In this document: positions 1 to 7,046 of the stretch, in pieces | How the letters are laid out: each line of letters opens with the position of its first letter | Numbering within the stretch: the first letter of the stretch is position 1 | Origin: Nitrososphaerales archaeon | Lineage (GTDB): Archaea; Thermoproteota; Nitrososphaeria; Nitrososphaerales; UBA213 | Direction of reading: 5' to 3' | NCBI GenBank assembly: GCA_965197925.1 | Contig: CBDAOC010000006.1 | Location: 1 to 10,116 of the forward strand | Length of the DNA stretch: 10,116 nucleotides | Notes under the pieces: model-generated | What the model was told of the DNA's origin: nothing | Seen by the model: the letters and a program-made list of their open reading frames with translations, nothing else | Database searches by the model: none | Position numbers and translations under genes: made by a program

Positions 1-2
1 TG

Positions 3-902
3 GTGAATACCAATACCGGAACTGGAATTGAAGGTAAGACAATTACTATTTACGAGGTAGGACCCATAATTCCGATATCGCTAATAACTGTAGCTACTGA
101 CCGTGATGGAATGTTTAGTGCCCAATGGACAGCTAAACTAGAGAGGAATATCGATACACGCGTTACGGTTTTTGCCCAGTTCGATGGAGATGATAATGCC
201 TTGCCTTCCAGAACTGGGAAAACTAGCTTCAAAATATCACTAAAGCCACTTGAATTGATAATGACGACGGATGGAAATAAGAATAAGTACACTTTGGGGG
301 ATGAAGCATTTTTTAGCGTAGGATTTACTGATGGAGCAGGGAATTTTGTTGACCCAGATTTCCTCCGTGCCACCTATGATGGTAATTTTGTGGAAATGAG
401 CCATTTGGCTATTGGTAGGTATGCTTTCGAAACGCCGCACTTGGTAAAATTCGAACAACACCAATTCGGTGTATTCGCTGAAAAATGGGGTTTCAATTCT
501 GCACAAAAGTCCCTTACGATAACAACTTTTGGGGTCCACAATTATGAACCCATGAGGGTCACAGCTTCAATTAAGGGTGAGGAAATGAGGATAACAGTTA
601 AAAACAACGAATTGAGTCCTGATAATGTATACACATTCATAGGTACTCTTGTTGGGGGATTGCCAAGAGAAGGCACCTCAGAGGGATGGAAGTTTTCGAT
701 TAATCTCGTGAATAATTCCTTTACATTTAAGATTGTCGAGGGATACTTATCACCAGGTGACTCTGCTGTGCTCAAGGTAAAGGTGGATGGTATGCCAACG
801 AAATTATTATGGAAGGCATTTGATCTTTATGGAAAGGAACATTCTACTGTCAGAGAGATTACAGGTTCCGGTGCTACTATAGTTAAGCCTATACGAAGCT
901 AA
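3..902 (+). CDS. Probable surface/extracellular multi-domain Ig-like (beta-sandwich) protein, 5'-truncated by the window edge
   Basis: The frame is open from the window edge to TAA at 900-902, so GTG at 3 is probably internal. The protein is beta-strand and Thr/Gly rich, with Ig-like patterns 'GIEGKTITIYE...TDRDGMFSAQW...VFAQFDGD' and 'MTTDGNKNKYTLGD' (TDK..Y..G-type). No C-terminal TM helix is visible. The fold is inferred from pattern only. Confidence 0.7.
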   Translation: MNTNTGTGIEGKTITIYEVGPIIPISLITVATDRDGMFSAQWTAKLERNIDTRVTVFAQFDGDDNALPSRTGKTSFKISLKPLELIMTTDGNKNKYTLGDEAFFSVGFTDGAGNFVDPDFLRATYDGNFVEMSHLAIGRYAFETPHLVKFEQHQFGVFAEKWGFNSAQKSLTITTFGVHNYEPMRVTASIKGEEMRITVKNNELSPDNVYTFIGTLVGGLPREGTSEGWKFSINLVNNSFTFKIVEGYLSPGDSAVLKVKVDGMPTKLLWKAFDLYGKEHSTVREITGSGATIVKPIRS

Positions 903-1322
903 TGTTGCTAAAGATTTCCTATGTTGTCTAAAGTAAGAACCCCTTTAACATGTGATTATGCTTCACTAAATAACATAAGGGAATATCAAAAGGAGGACTT
1001 TCTCCGAGAAGCAAGTAATTCTTAGCAAAATCAGAAAAATGTAACAAAGATTTCATTGGAATGATCGGATCTGGAAATTCTTGCTGGGGAGGAATTGGAA
1101 ATAGAGACCCGGTTTGTGCTCAATAAGTTGATAGATCAAAGTCAAGACCAATTTTCCAAGATTTAGAACTTCCCATAACAAGTCAATTACAATAATGTGG
1201 TAGGAGAGGGTTGTTAATTCATATATTTCACGGTATAGAATCGAAATCTTCCAAGATTTTGTTGGAATTCTTGCAAATGGTAAAAAGAGATTCATAAGAG
1301 CTTCCTAGTAAAACTGTAGTAA

Positions 1323-1398
1323 TGGGCGAGGAGGGATTCGAACCCTCGACCTTCGCTGTGTGAGAGCGATGTCCAAGACCAGGCTAGACGACTCGCCC
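1323..1398 (-). tRNA. tRNA-Val (anticodon CAC), intronless, CCA not encoded
   Basis: The reverse complement folds as GGGCGAG TC GTCT AGCCTGGTCTT GGAC A TCGCT CT-CAC-AC AGCGA AGGTC GAGGG TTCGAAT CCCTC CTCGCCC A. It has a perfect 7-bp acceptor stem, 5-bp anticodon and T stems, a TTCGAAT T-loop and discriminator A followed by TT. Confidence 0.97.
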
Positions 1399-1420
1399 GA
1401 TTAGGAAAAATTCGATAATG

Positions 1421-1433
1421 TATTTTACCTTTG
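1421..1433 (-). promoter_or_regulatory. Putative BRE/TATA element for tRNA-Val
   Basis: The minus strand reads CAAAGGTAAAATA. The TA-rich part lies 23-29 nt upstream of the mature tRNA 5' end and follows a purine-rich stretch. The match to the archaeal TATA consensus is imperfect. Confidence 0.4.
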
Positions 1434-1449
1434 TGCTAAAAATAACGAA

Positions 1450-1617
1450 TTATTTCTTAACTCCTAGTGATCTGTTCTGAAGTCTCAGCTGATCTTTACG
1501 GCACTTTCTACATCTTGTAGCCTCAATTGGGTTTCTTGCACCACATTTGAAGCAAATCTTGAAAAAAAGCCGTCGCTGCTGGGCTATCTGTTTCTTAAAT
1601 GCATCAGTTATAGGCAT
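1450..1617 (-). CDS. rpl40e: 50S ribosomal protein L40e (eL40), 55 aa
   Basis: Not in the ORF track. Hand translation gives MPITDAFKKQIAQQRRLFFKICFKCGARNPIEATRCRKCRKDQLRLQNRSLGVKK*. It contains the L40e zinc ribbon KICxxCGARNP...RCRKC and a basic tail, with no ubiquitin fusion (archaeal form). Confidence 0.96.
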   Translation of the reverse strand: MPITDAFKKQIAQQRRLFFKICFKCGARNPIEATRCRKCRKDQLRLQNRSLGVKK

Positions 1618-1652
1618 GTAATTCCCTAACTTAGATGGTGATTTCTAGTTTT

Positions 1653-2573
1653 CTATTTGTCTGTTTTTTGTTTCAAAATCCGCGATAAAAGTAACGGTAC
1701 CTCAGCAGGACTTTTGGCTACAGGTACTTTAGCCTTCGCAAACATGGAAACTTTTGAATCTGCTGAACCAAAATTTCCATATATTATAGCTCCGGCATGA
1801 CCCATCCTTTTCTCTTTAGGGGCAGATCTACCCGCTATATAGGCAATCACAGGCTTCCTAAAAGCTGTAGATATTATATACTCGGCAAGTTGCTCTTCTG
1901 CATCACCCCCAATTTCACCTACTACAACTACTGAACTTACGTCTGCTCTATCCCTGACCATATCGAAACAATCCATCAGGGTACAACAGTTTATAGGATC
2001 TCCACCTATGCCCAAAGAGATTCTCTGGCCAAACCCCGATGTACTAAGCATGTGCGAAACTTCATACATGAGTGTTCCACTTCTAGAAAAAACAGCGACA
2101 CTCCCTGATTGGAATGGTTCTACTGGCATTATCCCAAGTTTAATAATATTAGGAACTATTATTCCAGGGGTATTGGGTCCTACAACCTTTGCACCATTTC
2201 CTTTTGCAATTTCTAAGCATTTCAGACCATCTCTGATTGGAATGTGTTCGGGGATTGCCACCAACAGTGATATTCCATTACTCAATGCCTCTTTCGCCGC
2301 GTCTAGGAAGAATGGTGCAGGTACAAACATTATTGAGATCTTTGCACCAGTTTTCTTAACGGCTTCCGCTACACTGTCATAAATGGGTATACCATCAAAC
2401 TGCTGACCACCCTTGCCAGGGGTTACACCAGCTGATATATTGGTGCCGTATTGCATCATTAATCTTGTATGAAACGTACCAAATTTGCCAGTAATTCCCT
2501 GAACAATAATAGGTTTCTTTTTATAATCTATGTCGCCCTCGCAACCATGAAGAACATCAAATATGTCAACCAT
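1653..2573 (-). CDS. sucD: Succinyl-CoA synthetase alpha subunit
   Basis: Motifs: CoA-binding 'VQGITGKFG', 'GVTPGKGG', 'GPNTPG', 'SRSGTLMYE', 'GIGGDP', 'GEIGG' and the phospho-His motif 'RMGHAGAI'. I prefer the ATG at 2573 (MVDIF), 4 nt after the sucC stop, over the track's GTG at 2585. Confidence 0.97.
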   Translation of the reverse strand: MVDIFDVLHGCEGDIDYKKKPIIVQGITGKFGTFHTRLMMQYGTNISAGVTPGKGGQQFDGIPIYDSVAEAVKKTGAKISIMFVPAPFFLDAAKEALSNGISLLVAIPEHIPIRDGLKCLEIAKGNGAKVVGPNTPGIIVPNIIKLGIMPVEPFQSGSVAVFSRSGTLMYEVSHMLSTSGFGQRISLGIGGDPINCCTLMDCFDMVRDRADVSSVVVVGEIGGDAEEQLAEYIISTAFRKPVIAYIAGRSAPKEKRMGHAGAIIYGNFGSADSKVSMFAKAKVPVAKSPAEVPLLLSRILKQKTDK

Positions 2574-2577
2574 TTTC

Positions 2578-3678
2578 TCACACACTCTTTACAGCTGCTA
2601 CTATTGCTTCCTCTACAGCATGGAACATTCTAGCTGGGCTACCATCTAGTATCACTTTTGCCCTATCAGATTCGGCTCCAGATATTCTTGCAAAAACTGG
2701 GACGTGAATGATATTGTTTTTGTAAGCATCAATTATTGCTTGTGCTACAACACTTGTTCTAACTATTCCTCCAAACAAATTAACCAATATCGCTTCAACT
2801 TTGGAAATTCTACTTATCAGAGTAAGAGCTGAAAGTACACTGTCAGTAGTCGCCCTGCCCCCAACATCCAGAAAACAAGCTGATTTCCCTCCTTGATCAC
2901 TCAACATGTCAAGAGTTGACATAACCAATCCTGCACCATTACCAATTACGGCTATGTTTCCATCAAGTTCTATTAATGAGAATCCACTTTGCTTTGCCTC
3001 GGATTCCAATGTTGCCATATTCTCGTAATCCTTGAGCTCCACATGTCTGAATAAAGCATTATCATCTACTATTACCTTAGCATCCAATGCAATTAAAGTC
3101 CCATCACTCTTAATAACAATAGGATTAATTTCCGCTAATTCGGCTTCTTTCTCTACAACTAATCTGATGAGTTTAGATGCGAATTCAATGAAGATCTTCA
3201 ACCTACCGTCTTTTATTTCTAATTTCGATGCAATATACTCCAAGTTTTTATCAGTTGGCCCATCAGTACCAACATCTAATATCACCTTACTACCAACATT
3301 TTCTATTTCAACCCCGCCAGAATCGGATGCAATTATAGAGTAGCATCTCTTACTCCTGTTTAAGTAGATTGATAGATAAAGTTCATTTATATGTTCAGTA
3401 AACTGCTCAATGAGTAACAATCTTACCTTTTCGCCTTGGACGGTTTTCTTAATAAGATCATCATAAGTATTTTTTAGTTCATCAGGTTCTTTACATACAA
3501 CTATTGCACCAGCCTTTCCTCGCCCACCAACCTTCAATTGTGCTTTTAATACCAGCGGAAATCCAAGTTTTTCGGAAGCATTCTTAACTTCATCGAAATT
3601 TTTTGCAATATAACCTACAGGTATCGATATACCATATTCTTTGAATAAAGCTTTAGCTTGATATTCAAGCAAACGCAT
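2578..3678 (-). CDS. sucC: Succinyl-CoA synthetase beta subunit
   Basis: Canonical N-terminus MRLLEYQAK. ATP-grasp motifs 'KAQ...GGRGKAG', 'GGVEIE', 'EINP', 'LDAK..DDNALFRH'. Ligase-domain motifs 'GNGAGLVMSTLD', 'FLDVGG', 'VNLFGGI'. Start set at ATG 3678 rather than TTG 3690. Confidence 0.97.
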   Translation of the reverse strand: MRLLEYQAKALFKEYGISIPVGYIAKNFDEVKNASEKLGFPLVLKAQLKVGGRGKAGAIVVCKEPDELKNTYDDLIKKTVQGEKVRLLLIEQFTEHINELYLSIYLNRSKRCYSIIASDSGGVEIENVGSKVILDVGTDGPTDKNLEYIASKLEIKDGRLKIFIEFASKLIRLVVEKEAELAEINPIVIKSDGTLIALDAKVIVDDNALFRHVELKDYENMATLESEAKQSGFSLIELDGNIAVIGNGAGLVMSTLDMLSDQGGKSACFLDVGGRATTDSVLSALTLISRISKVEAILVNLFGGIVRTSVVAQAIIDAYKNNIIHVPVFARISGAESDRAKVILDGSPARMFHAVEEAIVAAVKSV

Positions 3679-3702
3679 AGCTGCTAACAAAAAAAATTAT
3701 AC

Positions 3703-3710
3703 TATATATT
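3703..3710 (-). promoter_or_regulatory. Putative TATA box for a leaderless sucC-sucD(-rpl40e) transcript
   Basis: Minus-strand AATATATA lies 25-32 nt upstream of the sucC ATG, the spacing expected for leaderless archaeal mRNAs. No Shine-Dalgarno sequence is evident. Confidence 0.5.
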
Positions 3711-3760
3711 CTAAATTTAACCGTTTCTCATTTCTACTACTCTCGATTCAGGTATAAACC

Positions 3761-4024
3761 ATGCAGGATTCATATATTTTAGAATCTATAGTATATCAAA
3801 AAAATGGCATTCCCACTTTTACGCCTAGAAATCTGACGTCTGTCGTAAAGCTTTTGATCAGTGATATCGCTAAGATCATGTGACTCTAAAGGGAAAGAAG
3901 AACAGTAATTGATTTTGGGGCAAAAACCAGAATTCTTTCGATAGCCTACATATGTTATTAGAGGATAATGACCGATGTATAGAGAGATCGTCATAATACT
4001 AACTTTGCTCAGAACGATTTCTAA
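3761..4024 (+). pseudogene. Probable heavily degraded class I SAM-dependent methyltransferase relic
   Basis: One frame from ATG 3761 reads ...FTPRNLTSVVKLLISDIAKIM*L*RERRTVIDFGAKTRILSIAYICY*RIMTDV*RDRHNTNFAQNDF*. 'TVIDFGAKTRILSIA' resembles motif I (VxDLGAGTGILSIA) and 'DV*RD' sits where the acidic motif II is expected. There are four internal stops. The 3' boundary is uncertain. Confidence 0.45.
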
Positions 4025-4172
4025 ACTATCATCATAACTACATTGTCATTCTTAAACTTCTTTTAAAAAAGAAATCAGAAATTCTTGCATCATTTGAAAC
4101 ATCTTTTATTATGCTTTGGGATCATTAGAATGTCGATCGTGGAAAAATTTTGCGTGATCATTTAGTGTTATT

Positions 4173-5012
4173 TCAGAGTTCAGCTTTAATTAACGCGTAA
4201 TCAATAATACCCTTCTGAGCAACTTTTTTCATAGTTAACATTGATTTGAAAATGATATACTCTACAATAGATGAATACTTTGGTATTACACATTTCTTGA
4301 TTTCTGCCCTATGTGACGAATAGTAATCTGCTAAAGGTGTATAGACATTCTTACCAATAAATTTCATTTCTATGTCATGAAAGCCTATAGATTCAAGTAT
4401 TGCTCTTATTGCTAAAAGATTATGATGTCCTGAGACCCAAGTTATACCTAACAAACCTAGTTCCTTTTTTTCGTACCAACTGAGCCTATCCTTGTTTATT
4501 CCGGGAATGGCAAGACCAAGAACCCCACCATTATTCAAGGTCTTGAAGGAGTTTAAAAGAAATTTTTCAATTGGTATGAAATGTTGAGCCGACTCAAGTG
4601 CAATAATTCTATCAACGCTGTTTTCCTTTAACGGCAAAGTAAGAGCAGACGCCTCTAATACGCTAATATCGTCATTGAAATTATTTAAATTATGCTGGGT
4701 CGGTCTGCATATGTCTAGATTGATAATTTTAATGGGATTTAACCAAGTATGCCATAATATTGAAGGGCCGTTTACACCACTACCAACATCCAATACAGTT
4801 TGATTTGATTTCAATTCACCGAAATCTAACATCATACGACAAAGTTCCGTTTGTGCCTGTATCAGGTTTTTACATTCATTATTCCAATATCCAAAATTCA
4901 GCATTTTTCCCGCACTTGCTAGCATCATAAAATCTCTGAAAGTTTCATAAAGGTGTCTTACATCCCTTTCTTGACGCCTATACCTCCAAAGGATCAAATG
5001 AAATGGATTCAT
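4173..5012 (-). CDS. Class I SAM-dependent methyltransferase (Methyltransf_11-like, small-molecule/lipid type)
   Basis: Motif I 'VLDVGSGVNG', upstream 'LNFGYW', 'ASALTLPLKENSVDRIIALESAQHF' and 'LNNGGVL'. The start at ATG 5012 (MNPF) is preferred because a TATA-like element sits 26-32 nt upstream. The track's start at 5048 is the alternative. Confidence 0.88.
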   Translation of the reverse strand: MNPFHLILWRYRRQERDVRHLYETFRDFMMLASAGKMLNFGYWNNECKNLIQAQTELCRMMLDFGELKSNQTVLDVGSGVNGPSILWHTWLNPIKIINLDICRPTQHNLNNFNDDISVLEASALTLPLKENSVDRIIALESAQHFIPIEKFLLNSFKTLNNGGVLGLAIPGINKDRLSWYEKKELGLLGITWVSGHHNLLAIRAILESIGFHDIEMKFIGKNVYTPLADYYSSHRAEIKKCVIPKYSSIVEYIIFKSMLTMKKVAQKGIIDYALIKAEL

Positions 5013-5037
5013 AATTATTATTCCAATAAACATGAAC

Positions 5038-5046
5038 ATATATTTC
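5038..5046 (-). promoter_or_regulatory. Putative TATA box for the methyltransferase gene
   Basis: Minus-strand GAAATATAT, with its AATATAT part 26-32 nt upstream of ATG 5012, the same geometry as upstream of sucC. Confidence 0.45.
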
Positions 5047-5198
5047 ATAGAAAAACAATTATCACAACATACGAAATTTCAAATGAAATGCTTGGCTGAA
5101 CAATCCTTTACATTTGACCTGTATTGCAAAAATATGTGGAATTTTTTCCTTATGCAGATATCTTTTCTTTTCTCGTCCTGATAAAGGTAGATACATTA

Positions 5199-5431
5199 CT
5201 GCTGTGTCGAATAATCACCATATTATAGCAGTTATTCAGATCCTTTTGGATTCATCGCAATGAACATGTTGTGTATGGATGCTTTTAGCATCAGTTCTTT
5301 ACCCATATTCTTCCATCTTACTGACTTTACATGTTCACGAAGGATAGGCTTGAATCTCAATGATAATAACTGATCAAAATCTCATTCTATCAACCATCCA
5401 TGATCTTCTAGTTGTTTATTCGACATAACAG
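5199..5431 (-). mobile_element. Non-autonomous miniature element (MITE / internal-deletion derivative) of an IS5-family IS903-like IS
   Basis: Terminal inverted repeats CTGCTGTGTCGAATAA (5199-5214) and the reverse complement of 5416-5431 (CTGTTATGTCGAATAA) match at 14/16. Both resemble the IS903 end as I recall it (GGCTTTGTTGAATAA). The interior minus frame reads ...HGWLIE*...LREHVKSVRWKNMGKELMLKASIHNMFIAMNPKGSE* (stop 5232-5234), like a DDE transposase C-terminus. No target-site duplication found. Confidence 0.72.
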
Positions 5432-5607
5432 AAATATCGCAACTATTAAAAGTAAAGTAAGTACTTTGTTTTCTTTTAAGGTATTGGAATAAGATATACC
5501 TGTGCATTTCTGAATGATGAACATGTAAAGGTGAAGAGATAGAAAAACAAAAACACACCTGATTCTGAATAAAACGCGTTCAGGTTGACAACCCTAATAA
5601 GAAATTT

Positions 5608-5907
5608 ATGAAGACGTATCGGATTTGGCGAATTATCAATGTCCTTATCAAGATTTCAATTGAGAGCATAAATATTGCAAGCTGTGACAGACAAAGGATA
5701 ACCACTGAGATCGAAGGAGAAAATACACATGACTTTGGATTGTTCTCTATTGAATACAAGGAAAGCATCGAAGCAACTTTGACTACCATTGAGGGAATAT
5801 TACCAAGGGCGTTACTATATGAGATGAGAGAAGCTTTCAGGAGATCTTATTTATTGATTTACCTAAGGATAAAGAATGAAGACCCATTTATAAAACAGGA
5901 AGGATAG
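5608..5907 (+). CDS. Hypothetical protein, possibly a gene remnant
   Basis: 99-codon ATG-started ORF with plausible composition and no recognisable motif, lying between two mobile elements. It may be non-functional. Confidence 0.35.
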   Translation: MKTYRIWRIINVLIKISIESINIASCDRQRITTEIEGENTHDFGLFSIEYKESIEATLTTIEGILPRALLYEMREAFRRSYLLIYLRIKNEDPFIKQEG

Positions 5908-6064
5908 GCCCTTAAATCAATGCAGAAGATCAATACTGATTAACCTGACATGATGCAAATGTAATTTAAACACCAAACACCAGTCACTTTTCACCAAGTA
6001 GAGAGCAGCGATGAGTTAAGAGGGAAAATCTCTAATAGAGGCTGGTTTACCGTTCATATAGAAT

Positions 6065-6940
6065 CAACTGATCCCAAAACTGATCATTTAGTGAATAATT
6101 GACGATCATTTGGATCTATTTGCAATGCTGCCCGTAGCAGATCATGAAATTTCAGGAGATAACAGGTGAACAATGGAAGATGATATCACCGCATCTCCCC
6201 AAGCCAGCCAGAACCGGAAGGCCAAGGGCAGACGACAGAAAGACAGTCAACGGAATCCTGTTTGTCGGGATAACAGGATGCAGGTGGACTGGGATGTCAC
6301 AAAGGTACGGCTCCAAATCAACTGCGCACCGCAGACTGCAGAACTGGCAGCGACGTGGAATATGGAAGAATATCCTCTCCGCTGCAGTCAAATCAGCCCA
6401 CAGATCAGGCAAGATGCAGCTGCAAAAAACGGTCGATTCGTCATCAGTTCCGGCCAAAAAAGGGGAAGCGTCATAGGATACAACGGATTCAACAGGATTT
6501 CAGGCACAAAAATACACGTTGCGGTGGAACAAAACGGACTGCCAGTCTCAGTAGTAATGTCCTGCAAATCAGCATGACTCCCAGATTTGTAGACGTGATG
6601 GATGGCATCTCACAATATCTGGATGAGAGATCTATCAGAAAAATTGCGCGGTGCCAAGCAGACAAGGGCTATGATGCAGAATTCATCAGGAAATACCTCA
6701 CCAAAAGAAAAATCTCTGACTGCATACCTTACAGAAAAAACAGTAAGACACAACAACAAAATGATAATACAGAACAATACCTATACGGCAAGACGCGCTA
6801 TGTTGTGGAGAGATTCTTTGCCTGGTTGAAGAATGGGTTCCACAGAACCAGGATCAGATATGAGAAGAATGCACAAAACTATCTGGCATTTGTTATCATT
6901 TCGTCGATTATGATGTATTGGAGAGTATTGGGATGACTTC
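6065..6940 (+). mobile_element. IS5-family insertion sequence (IS427-like two-ORF organisation), about 876 bp, degenerate
   Basis: Imperfect inverted repeats CAACTGATCCCAAAACT (6065-6081) and the reverse complement of 6924-6940 (GAAGTCATCCCAATACT) match at 13/17. The transposase stop lies inside the right IR. AAT flanks both ends (6062-6064 and 6941-6943), a possible 3-bp duplication. The element looks more GC-rich than its flanks. Confidence 0.85.
6144..6936 (+). pseudogene. IS5-family DDE transposase with a -1 slippery site plus two extra inactivating frameshifts
   Basis: OrfA is DUF4096-like ('ITGEQW..I.PHLP...TGRPR.DDR..VNGILF...TGCRW...YG...TAHRR...W...GIW') and ends 'VDSSSVPAKKG' at AAAAAAGGGG (6456-6465). 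The -1 frame gives 'GYNG...GTKIHVAVEQNGLP'. 'PANQHDS' (6561-6581) is in another frame, and 'RFVDVM...ADKGYD...RYVVERFFAWLK..FHR...RYE' is in the third frame. Confidence 0.9.
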
Positions 6941-7046
6941 AATGTAAATGTGAAAGACGGAAGCTAAACACTCGATATTTTTTGATTCTAGATTCTTTAG
7001 ACTTGTTCTTTGATCTCAAGTCAAACGTAAAGTGTTCAAAGGAGAT

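Noticed and set aside
50..775. Minus-strand ORFs 50-373, 240-539 and 542-775
   Set aside because: Antisense shadows of the 3-902 gene with no motifs.
1053..1295. 80-aa minus-strand ORF
   Set aside because: No motif or clear expression signals, and the composition is typical of translated AT-rich intergenic DNA.
1323..1398. tRNA as the integration site of a genomic island or provirus
   Set aside because: No integrase and no duplicated tRNA 3' segment are visible in the window.
2008..3343. Plus-strand ORFs 2008-2382 and 3032-3343
   Set aside because: Antisense to sucD and sucC.
3779..3994. 71-aa minus-strand ORF
   Set aside because: No motif. The opposite strand carries the more convincing methyltransferase relic.
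5325..5530. Perfect 13-bp inverted pair CTTTACATGTTCA (5325-5337) and TGAACATGTAAAG (5518-5530)
   Set aside because: One arm lies inside the transposase remnant, the core is the palindrome ACATGT in AT-rich DNA, and it does not extend. Probably chance.
5580..5789. 69-aa minus-strand ORF
   Set aside because: Antisense to the 5608-5907 ORF with no independent support.
6152..6829. ORFs 6152-6457 (-) and 6602-6829 (+), and the N-terminal parts of 6173-6577 and 6355-6936, as separate genes
   Set aside because: Alternative frames of the single broken transposase.
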